From contig JAAOMT010000175.1 in NCBI GenBank assembly GCA_016748015.1, positions 1 through 35,549 on the forward strand: DNA of 35,549 nt, read 5' to 3'. Positions 1-9,628 of the stretch are shown here, in pieces. A program made the position numbers and the translations under genes. This DNA comes from Geosiphon pyriformis uo1 (lineage: Eukaryota > Fungi > Glomeromycota). The notes under the pieces were generated by a model. That model did no database searches, was not told the DNA's origin, and saw nothing but the letters and a program-made list of their open reading frames with translations. Numbering within the stretch: the stretch's first letter is position 1; the number at the start of each line of letters is the position of its first letter.

Positions 1-532
1 ATTAGTATTATATATACATTTTGGCATAATATTTTTATTATTATTACTAAATCATTTAAGTTTCTGCTTTTTTAAAAGATCTGAGAGTGTAATATATTGT
101 TTAGAGTTTTTATTAGAATTTAAATTATTGTTATTATTATTGCCATTATAGACAAAGTTAGAAATTATTGTTGTTATTATTATTAGAGTTTAAATTGGAA
201 TTAATTTTTGATTTCAATTCTAAAGTATAACTATTAATTAATTTTTTTTCTTTGAAAATTGAATAGATTATGTACAGTGGTAAATTGTAGATAAGATTAC
301 AATTGTTATAATATTCGAAATCATTAAAAATTAAACAATGTTTACAAAGTTTAATATTTGATTGTTCTAAATACTGCTTTTGTTTTTCTCTGATGAATGT
401 TAAATTTTGATAATGTTTATGGAATTGTTTTGGGTTGTTTATAATGTTAATAAATACATCTGGGTTTGAAATAAAAACAGTATTGATTGGTTTTGATAAG
501 TTATTTTTAATTGTTAGTATTTCACTGGACAA
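1..532 (-). pseudogene. Family A pol remnant: C-terminal Cys-rich segment, N/D-rich linker and N-terminus of dUTPase
   Basis: HYQNLTFIREKQKQYLEQSNIKLCKHC aligns with family B YHQIASHTYLTQEAQIQRLEQMNIRLCEE. Positions 1-105 (-) read QYITLSDLLKKQKLK*FSNNNKNIMPK, matching LQLKYFNNNGQGIKPE at the start of the family B dUTPase. Confidence 0.7.
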
Positions 533-1254
533 AATCTCTTTGATTTTAACACTTGTTATTCTTTAAATTTTGTTTTTATTATGTGGATAACTGTTTAAAC
601 ACAAGAAAACTTTGTTTCATACAGCATTAAAAAACATTTCTTTGCTTATCCAGTTGTTTATGAAGATTATATATTGGCACAATGTATCACATATTTTTCT
701 TTAATTAAAAATATTATTTCACATTTTTTTATTAAGTAATGTTTTTTTGCAAACAAGATATGATTTATTATTCCACTTTTTCTGTTGTTTTAGATAACCA
801 AATTATTTTTAGTAGTATGCTTTACAATAGTACATATTTTATGGTTTTTTTTAGACAAAATCTAAGCTTTTATAAATAAAAGCTTCTTTTTATAATCAAT
901 ATACTTGAGAAAAATATAAGGTGATTATTTTCTTAATTCTGGTATTAAATATAAAGCATGTTAAATATTGTTTGTTCCTTTGGTAAAAATAATAGCTTGT
1001 AGTTTATTTTATTTTTTTTCTTTTCTTTTGTTATCCCAAGATAGAATTAGTAGTAGTTTATTGTAATTATTTTCAGTCTATAAAACTTGATAGGCTTTTT
1101 AGATAGATTGTTTTTTTTTTAAAGCTTAATTAATAATTGCTTTTTTGAAAAAGCTTTAAAGTAACTACAAGTAACTGGTACTTAAGTATGCTAACCATTT
1201 TGACTAAGTTGTAGTTTTTAAGTATTTTAATTAAGTATAATATTGGTTTTGAAC

Positions 1255-1577
1255 AGCCAGTTATTACTAACAAGAGCTTAATATTACATGACTTTTATTA
1301 CCAAAACTTTGATAAATGTAATAATACCATTGATTTTAAAAAAGATGTTATTAATTTTGTCAATTGGAGTTTTTATTACTCTATTAACTGTAATAATTCT
1401 AACATTAACAGTTTGATTAATTTGGTGATCTAATTGGTTCATAAATTGTCTAATAATATTATTATTTGTTAACTTACTATTAAAAATAAGCTTGATAAAT
1501 TGGTTATTAATTTTAGCATTAATGTATATAATAGTAATTGGTTTGGTGTTGAAAATAACTTCACTAAATAGAAACAT
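1255..1577 (-). pseudogene. Family A retropepsin (aspartic protease) remnant
   Basis: ITIIYINAKINNQFIKLIFNSK...KTPIDKINNIFFKINGIITFIKVLV aligns with ITVMYTEAEVKGKPICLILDSE...KTPVGEIDNFSFTLNGIIIPVKVLV at 30111+. The catalytic DSG has decayed to NSK. Confidence 0.85.
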
Positions 1578-2139
1578 TATTGTTAATTCTTCTAATTCAA
1601 AAAAAAATATGGCTGTAAATAACTTATCTTTAGTAACAATTGCTAATAGAATATTATTAATAAGTAGTTGTTTGGCTGTTTTAGATTGTTGAATTGAGTG
1701 TTTTCTAAAATAACCAAAAAACTTAAATAGCTTTAAGAATTCAGATTTTAGAAATGTTTGTTTCTCAAATTTTTTGAATATAATCTTGTTAACTGGTTCA
1801 ATAAACTAGGAATTAGTTAGTATATTCCTATTACCAATCTTTAATTTTGTTAAATATAAGTGATTCTTAGCCTTGAATTTTTAGTTGATATTGGCACAAT
1901 ATTTTGGAGCAGCACTTAAATTTGTTGGGATTAATAAATTATTTATGGCAGTAGGACTTAATAAATTATTGGTGTTGAAGTCTAATAAATAAAAGATAAA
2001 TATATTAGTTATTAAGTTATTAAAGTGTAATAAGACTAATATTAATATTGTTTGGTTAAATTGTTAATGTAATTTGAAGATTTGAAATTGGTAATTAGAG
2101 TTTCTATATTGGTTTTTTGATTGTAAATTATTAGATCTA

Positions 2140-2900
2140 AAACAGCAATCTGTTTTTAGATGGTCTTATTTACTACGATAATAGCAATTATGCATTTTTT
2201 GTTACTATAATTAATTTGATAATAATAATAAACATGATTAATTTTGAAAGCAATTGGAGTTTTTTTAATTGTCATAACATTATAAAGGTTAATAAATGGC
2301 TTAATTATTAACTAAGTATCTTTTTAATTTCTGATTAATAAAATTATTGAATTGTTTTAACTTAGAATCTAATTTAGATAATCCATTTATTACTAAATTA
2401 TGGCTTAAATATAATTGGCTTCAAATTCGGCTAATTCAAAATCTCTAACATATATAACTGTATCTTAGAAAATATTTAGATATATTAAGCATATTTATTG
2501 TAACAGACTGTTACATAGTCTGTAAATAAATTAATTTAGAATCTGTGATATTGTAAAATAGTTAACATTAATTGCTTGGATTTGGTGCAAATTTTAATAA
2601 AAGCATCTTAAGTAAATAATAACTGTTTTAATATTGTTTTGCTTAATAGTGGTAAAACTAGTTAACAAGTAATTAATGCTGTTATTATTGCTAAAATACT
2701 GTAAAAATGTGGTTTTAAATATATTGAAATCTTGAAATTTGTTTACAAAATTCTAATATTATAAGTTGACAGTATTTTGTAAAAAGTAAAAAATTGCTTA
2801 AAAAACTTTGGCATCATTTTATCTATTGGCTATAATAACTTTTGTCATATTATTAAGTCATACTTAGATATTGTCTTCTTTATCAATGAATTTTTTGAAT
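2140..2900 (-). pseudogene. gag: Family A gag core and CCHC zinc knuckle remnant
   Basis: The - strand reads AIFYFLQNTVNL..FKTTFLQYFSNNNSI (compare AIPYFLQG..FKNAFLQQFTDNNISI in family B) and CYYRSK*DHLKTDC near 2145-2190. Confidence 0.7.
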
Positions 2901-3828
2901 TTGGCAATTGATACATATATTATTAATATGAGTAATAATTATTGTTGTTGTGATTATTATTAGATAGCAATTAGTACTATTAGTAGTTAGTTAATCAAGA
3001 TAACTAAAAATAAATTTTGTGGAAAAATAAAAGCTGGATTTAAACAATTAAAATTATAATTTTCAAATTTAATTGGGATCAAATTTTGATTATTATTTCC
3101 TTAATTACTGTTTTTTTCTTCTGAATTGGTGTTTATTCAGTTACTAATAAATTCAAAATTTGGTTAAAGTAATAGTAATTAAAGTTTTGATAAGATTGTT
3201 GATTACAATTTAAATTCTTTAAAAAAATTGTTATAAGTTCCTAATAATTTGGCTTTTTTCTAATTATTTTGAAATAATACTTTGAATAATAGTATTTTTA
3301 ATATAGACATAGCTGTTAATATTATTTAGATAATGCTTCTAGCTATGTAATAATATAATAAATTAATAAATAAAATGATTCTTGGTTTTTTTAAATAAGT
3401 GGTTGTATTTTTCTTAAAGTTTTTGCTGAAGTTTGTAGCTTCTCTTTTTTTTTGTTAGCAAAAGTAATGAGAAATTTTTGTTTGGTATATTTTTGATCTT
3501 ATGATTTATTTCTGTAATTATTAAGACAAAACTATGATTTTATTGAAAACTGGTATATTGTAATAGCTTACTGTAAAAATTTTTAATAGTGGTTTCTGAA
3601 TTTTTTTGGTCTTCCAAATATATAATTTTTTCATTTATGTAGTAATTAAAGGCTGATTTTGTTGGCCAATAATTATTTATTAGTCTAAAATAAGTTTGAT
3701 AATATTGAAATAAAAATTTCATGAATTTTAAATGATTTTCTTTTATAATTTTTTGGTTTGCTACTTTTCCAGATAATTGATGTTAGTGCTAATTTTCTGT
3801 TAGATTATATCTTATAAAAAGCACCAAA

Positions 3829-4679
3829 TATTACAAATAATTATTTAGAGTATTAAAACAAATAACAAATCTGTAATTTGGTGCTCAATAGTTGTTGATA
3901 ATAGTAGTTTCTGAAGGGTTTGGAGTCTAAAAGTTTTGGTTGAATCTTTTGTATAATAGATAGAGATTCAATTAATGGTTTTTTCTATAAATTTTTTTTA
4001 GCATAATAACCAGTTGTGCCCTTCTAGTAAACTATTCTTAAGTTTTCTACTTTTGTTTTTAAGTTTTCTACTTTTGTTCTTAAGTTTTCTACTTTTATTT
4101 TTAAGTTTTTTACTAAGCTATCCTTAACATTAATTGCTTAGTACTTAATTTTTTTAATCAATTAGTAAACAACAAAGAAAAAAAAATAAAAAAAATAAAA
4201 AAAATACAAAAATAAAATAAAAAATTAGTATCTTATTAATAGCCATGATTAAGAGCTATTGGTTTAGTATAGTTAAGTATTAACTTTTATCAATATAAAG
4301 TATTAATAGTATAAAATTAATTAATATTTTTTAATCAAGTAATAATAATATGAATTGAATAATAATAAATAATTTTATTAATATTAGTATGATTTTATTT
4401 CAAGTTATAAAAAACTATCTTTTAAAGAAAGAAGTATTAGATAATTACTTATCTTAAACTATGGTTTTGTCTCTGAATTTGTCTTTTCTATTTCTAATAC
4501 TTTTACTATAAATACATAACTTGTATTATATAAAATTCTTTGAAATTTTTTAATTCTTTTAAAAAAATTCTGGAATTTTGCAATTTCTTAAGAAAAATTC
4601 CGGAATTTTTCTTTTTACTATGTTTTTTTCTTATTGGCTATTTTTTTACCTATTATAATTTATATTTTTATGAGTAATA
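3829..4679 (-). repeat. 5' LTR of the family A element
   Basis: Termini TATTACA...GAGTAATA are decayed TGTTACA...GAGTAACA. Aligns to the LTRs at 6009-6991 and 8647-9628. Directly abuts the PBS. Contains a ~21-nt tandem repeat (~4 copies, 4038-4112). Confidence 0.85.
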
Positions 4680-4719
4680 ATATAATAACTAATAAAAACT
4701 ATGAATTTCAATCATAATA

Positions 4720-6008
4720 TTATTCTTTTTAAAAAGATTAAATTCCAATAAAATTAAGTTATTTATGAAATAATTTAATTGAAAAGTTTTATCTAATTTA
4801 AAACTAATTGTTTGTTAAAGTTTTTTGTAAATAAAATATATAATACTTGAAGTAAAATAAGCTTTGTATCCAAAAAACCAAATTTTTGTATAAGAGTTTT
4901 AGTTTTTTTAGCAATGGTCAAAACTTTTAAAACATTTAACTATATAATGTTCAGAATTTCTATTTGTATCTTTGAAGTTGTTTTCTTTATAAGTTTTATG
5001 TCTTTTATGATTTTATTAAGTCGATCATAAAGCTTTGATTGTTTTCTATATAACAAGTTTTTGTTTATAAACAAAATTTCTTTAATTGTTTTTTTAAGTA
5101 TATTAGAAAGTATTAATATGTTTGTTATTATACTTTCAAACATATATTTATCCATTTTACTACCAATTTTTTCTCTTTTAATAGTGGTTTTTTTTGGTTA
5201 TATAACAGTATATATTTTATATTATTAGTTATAATAATTTGTTTTCTAATGATCAGAGTAGTATTTAGATAATTTTGATTCAATACTCATAAAAAATATA
5301 AATAGTGTTTTAAATATTTTAATCCAAAAAATAATTGTTTATATCAAATCAAGATATCTCTGTTTTAGAAATAGTGTATTATTTTATATCTGATTTTTGC
5401 TGATTATTTGGGTTGGTATTATTAAAACAAATAACTATTCAGATTGTTTGTAATATTTTTTAAGTTATGTGTTATAAACAGAACAATTATTAAAGATTAT
5501 TCTATATTAATCTTGTAAGATATAAAAACTATTGTTTAAAACTTTGTTAGCTATAAAGAGTTTTTTTTACCAGTTAGAAAATTTATTATTATAAATATTG
5601 TTTCTGTTTAAGCAGTATTCTAAAATTAAGTTACTAACACTTAAGAAAAATGTTTTATAGGTTTTTTTTCTCAAGTTTCTCTTAAAATTGTTTTATTTTT
5701 TTAAAAGCAATTATTTGTGTTTCTACTAAAAAGTCAAAAATAATATTAAGTCTTTTTTGCAAAATGTCTTTGTAATTTCCTAATGTGATTTCTTCAAAAA
5801 ATATTGTTTTAATATTTTTTTTATTAGTAGTATTGTCATTTGTTTATAGAACAAAAAAAAAGAATTCATAATTTATTATATTATAATTTATAGTCTTATA
5901 AGCAAACAAAGTTAAAAACAATATTTTGTTTTATAAGTTTGTTTCTCTACTAGTTTTGGCTAAGATTTTACATAGTGTTCTATTAAAACGTTTTATTAGA
6001 CTATTTGT
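4720..6008 (-). pseudogene. Family C Gypsy: integrase C-terminal half, 3' region and putative PPT
   Basis: 5965-6008 (-) reads TNSLIKRFNRTLCKSLAK (the NGLVERFNRTL motif) and resumes at 9629 across the TSD. Purine tract AAAAAGAATAA (-) at 4720-4730 resembles the PPT at 6992-7005. Confidence 0.7.
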
Positions 6009-6991
6009 TGTTACAGATGATTATTTGGGGTCTCAAATTAAATAACAAACCTGTAACTTGATGCTCAATTGATATAATGTTGTTGGTAATATCTGAAGAT
6101 GTTGTTTTATCTAAAGATTTTATTGTGGAGTCTTTTGTATAATAGACAGAGATTCACTATGGTTGGTTTTGGTTGATTTCTCAAGTTATTTTCCCAATTT
6201 CTGTCTTCAGTGTGGTGGCCGGTTTAATCTAGCAGTTGTGCTCTTCTGGTAAGCTATCTATTAATATATATAATTCTACTCTTATTTTTGGATCTTTTAC
6301 CAAGCTGTTCTTGACATCAATTACTCAGTGTTTAATCTTTTTAATTAGTAGTAAGTTAACAAACAAAAAAAAATAAAATAAAATAAAATAAAAAGAAAAT
6401 AAGAAATTAGAAATAAGCCAAGGCAATTCAAGTTAGTATCCCATCAATAGCTGTGATCAAGAGCTATTGTTTCAGTGTGGTTAAATGTTGGATTTTTATT
6501 AACATGAAGTGTTAATAAATGGAAAAGTAATTATATTTTCAAACAAACGACAATAACATGGATTTGAAGAATTGGAGAGATTTTTTATTTATATAATTCT
6601 ATTTCGGTTGATAGCAACTATCCTTAAAATGAGGGTTAATAAATAGAGAAGAAAAAGGATTGTTCTAAATTAATAAAACTCTATTGAATTCTTCAGGAAT
6701 TACTTTTTCTGCTTTTAACACTTTTGCTATATATATATAATTTATGTTATACAAAATTCTGCACATTTGTGAGCAATGTGTCATGATTTCTCAAGCAATG
6801 CTTACATTGCTAAACAATGTGCCTGTAATTTCTGACAATGTGCTCATTGCTGAACAATGTACTATGATTCTTTGACAATGCTTCATATTGCTGAACAATA
6901 TGCTTACATGCTAAATACTATTTTTTTATTGGTCTATTTTCCCTATCTGTTTTTCCTACTATTTTTTTGTATTTTTTTTCTATGAGTAATA
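6009..6991 (-). repeat. 3' LTR of the non-autonomous element
   Basis: Collinear with 8647-9628 over its whole length. Adjacent to the PPT AAAGGAGAGAATAA (-). Confidence 0.93.
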
Positions 6992-7039
6992 TTATTCTCT
7001 CCTTTAATATTGAGCTTCTGCAAAATCTTCTAAATTTCT

Positions 7040-7560
7040 CTTTTGTATTAATGTTGTTGCTGTAATTTCTATTGCTATTTGTAAATCTAATTTTATACAT
7101 GACTGGAGTTTTTAACTATAACAGTCTGTCTAAAATATCAATTTCAAATCTTGCATCTGTATTATGTACATGTTCAGACATAATGCCCTCATTATTATCA
7201 CTGAATTTAGTTAATTCCTGCTCCATTATAAGATCTAGAAGCATAATATATTGTTCAGTATTTGAAACAGAGTTTGAATTTGTTGTTGGTGGAGTTTAAA
7301 TTGTTGTTGTCATTAGCAGAATTTGAATTGTTGTTGTCATTAGTGGAGTTTGAATCATTGTTGTCATTAGTGGAGTTTGAATCATTGTTGTTATCAGCAG
7401 AGTTTGAATCATTGTTGTCATCAGTGGGGTTTGAATTGTTGCTGTTATTAGTGGAGTTTAAATTGTTGCTGTTATCAGTGGAGTTTGAATTGGGATTAAG
7501 TTCTGATTTTGATTTTGATTTGTTTTCGCTGATTGGCTCTTCTTCGAATATATGATACAT
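7040..7560 (-). pseudogene. Truncated dUTPase N-terminus preceded by an expanded N/D/S-rich linker
   Basis: The - strand reads EQYIMLLDLIMEQELTKFSDNNEGIMSEHVHNTDARFEI and then CIKLDLQIAIEITATTLIQ. Family B has LKYFNNNGQGIKPERAHEIDAEYDL...TKINLKIALEIPPGAMVQ. Confidence 0.75.
7270..7490. repeat. 27-nt tandem repeat (~8 copies), in frame, encoding (D/N)DNNDSNS(T/A) on the - strand
   Basis: Unit approximately TCAGTGGAGTTTGAATCATTGTTGTCA. Visible as 9-aa periodicity in the ORFs 7255-7560 and 7262-7555. Confidence 0.9.
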
Positions 7561-7849
7561 GAGAGTGAATTGTAACTATGTTCCAATATTCTGACTCAGG
7601 ACTGTCAAGTGAGTTTTGCTGATTTATTGGTACTGTGGAAATTAGGTTTAATTGGGTTATCGAAGGTAAGTTTTCTTGTATGATCGCGAGATTTGGAATT
7701 TATCAGACTTTGAATGTTTGGGTTTTTGAATAATTCCTGGAGTTTGAATTGCTAGAGATTTAACAAGTTTTATCAATGGTAAGTTTTTTTGTACAATAAC
7801 AGAATTGGAATTATTGGGTTTTGAATGTTTGGGGGTTTTTTTTAAATGA

Positions 7850-8510
7850 TTAATTCTTGAATAATCAGAGTTTTAATTTAATAAGTTTTAACGAGTTTAT
7901 TAAAGGTAAGTTTTGAATGTTTGGGGTTTTAATGTTTGGGGTTTTAATGATTGGGTTTTGAATAAACGGAGTTTTAATTTAATGAGTTTTAACGAATTTA
8001 TCAATGGTACATTTTAAATGTTTGGGGTTTTAATAATCAGGTCTTGAATAATTGGAGTTTTAATTTAATGAGTTTTTAACAAATTTATCAATGGTAAGTT
8101 TCGAATGTTTGGGGTTTTAATGATCAGGTTTTGAATAAATGGAGTTTTAATTTAATGAGTTTTAACAAATTCATTAACAGTACATTTTGAATGTTTGGGG
8201 TTTTAATGATTGGGTCTTAAATAATTGGATTTTCAATTTAATGAGTTTTTAACAAATTTATCAATGGTAAGTTTCGAATGTTCAGGGTTTTAATGATTGG
8301 GTTTTGAATAAATGAAGTTTTAATTTAATGAATTTTTAACAAATTTATTAACGGTAATTTTCGAATGTTTGGGTTTTTAATAATTGGGTTTTAAATAATT
8401 GAAGTTCTTAATTTAACAAGATTTAACGAATTTATCAATAGTAATTTTCAAATGTTCAAGGTTTTAATGATTGGGTTTTGAATAATCAGAGTTTTAATTT
8501 AACAAGTTTT
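7850..8510. repeat. 86/87-nt tandem array (~7-8 units), with degenerate units back to ~7660
   Basis: The anchor (G/A)AATAA recurs at 7960, 8046, 8133, 8219, 8306, 8393 and 8480. Confidence 0.92.
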
Positions 8511-8629
8511 TCAAAAGTAATGGTGAAATAAGAATTTCACAAATCTTAAGTGATTTTCCCTTGTTTTCTCTTGGTCTGCCACTTTCTTACATGATTGTTG
8601 TTGGTACTGGTTTTCTGTTAGATTATACC

Positions 8630-8646
8630 TCACAGAGAGCACTAAA
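8630..8646 (-). promoter_or_regulatory. Primer-binding site of the non-autonomous element
   Basis: The - strand reads GTAACA|TTTAGTGCTCTCTGTG, the same position and motif as TTTGGTGCTCTCCCAC at 28096. Confidence 0.8.
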
Positions 8647-9628
8647 TGTTACAGATGATTATTTGGGGTCTCAAATCAAATAACAAACCTGTAACTTGGT
8701 GCTCAATTGATATAATGTTGTTGGTAATATCTGAAAATGTTGTTTTATCTAAAGGTTTTGTTGTGGAGTTCTTTGTATAATAGACAGAAATTCACTATGG
8801 TTGGTTTTGGTTGATTTCTCAAGTTATTTTCCCAATTTCTGTCTTCAGCATGGTGGCTGGTTTAATCTGGCAGTCGTGCTTTTCTGGTAAGCTATCCATT
8901 AATATATATAATTCTACTCTTATTTCTGGGTCTTTTACCAGGCTATTCTTGATGTCAATTACTCAGTGTTTAATTTTTTTAATCAGTAGTAAGTCAACAA
9001 ACAAAAGAAAATAAAATAAAATAAAATAAAAAGAAAATAAGAAATTAGAAATAAGCCAAGGCAATTCAAGTTAGTATCCCATCAATAGCCATAATCAAGA
9101 GCTATTGTTTCAGTGTGATTAAGTGTTAGATTTTTATTAACATGAAGTGTTAATAAATGGAAGAGTGATTATATTTTCAAACAAACAACAATAACATGAA
9201 TTTGAAGAATTGGAGAGATTTTTTATTTATATAATTCCATTTCAGTTGATAGCAACTATCCTTGAAATAAGGGTTAATAAATAGAGAAAAAGGGGATTGT
9301 TTTAAATTAATAAAACTCTATTTAATTCTCCAGGAATTACTTTTTCTGCTTTTAACACTTTTGCTATATATATATAATTTATGTTATACAAGATTCTGCA
9401 CATTTGTAAACAATATGTTATGATTTTTCAAGCAATGCTTACATTGCTGAGCAATGTGCCTGTAATTTCTGACAATGTGCTCATTGCTGAACAATGTGCC
9501 ATGATTCTCTAACAATGCTTTATATTGCTAAGCAATATGCTCACATGCTAAATACTATTTTCTTATTGGTCTATTTTTTCTATCTGTTTTTTCTACTATT
9601 TTTTTGTATTCTTTTTCTATGAGTAACA
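8647..9628 (-). repeat. 5' LTR of the non-autonomous element
   Basis: TGTTACA...GAGTAACA termini, flanked by the PBS and the TSD. Confidence 0.93.

Larger units (their letters stand above)
1..4679 (-). mobile_element. Heavily decayed Ty3/Gypsy LTR retrotransposon (family A), 5' half: LTR-PBS-gag-PR-Cys-rich region-start of dUTPase; continues beyond the left edge
   Basis: LTR at 3829-4679 is homologous to the LTRs at 6009 and 8647. PBS-like GCACCAAA at 3821-3828. Decayed gag, protease and dUTPase-start translations are collinear with the element at 27116+. Confidence 0.85.
6009..9628 (-). mobile_element. Non-autonomous LTR retrotransposon (internally deleted family A relative), both LTRs present, inserted in the family C integrase
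   Basis: Direct repeats at 6009-6991 and 8647-9628 with TGTTAC...GTAACA termini. 4-bp TSD TTGT at 6005-6008 and 9629-9632. PBS at ~8630-8646 and PPT at 6992-7005. The 1.65-kb interior has no recognisable gag, RT or integrase. Confidence 0.93.

Noticed and set aside
7262-7555. Leu-rich repeat protein on the + strand
   Set aside because: It is the antisense shadow of the 27-nt repeat. The - strand frame is the one homologous to the pol linker.
7660-8510. CRISPR-like array
   Set aside because: The units are contiguous tandem repeats with no unique spacers. There are no cas genes and the context is a eukaryotic transposon nest.
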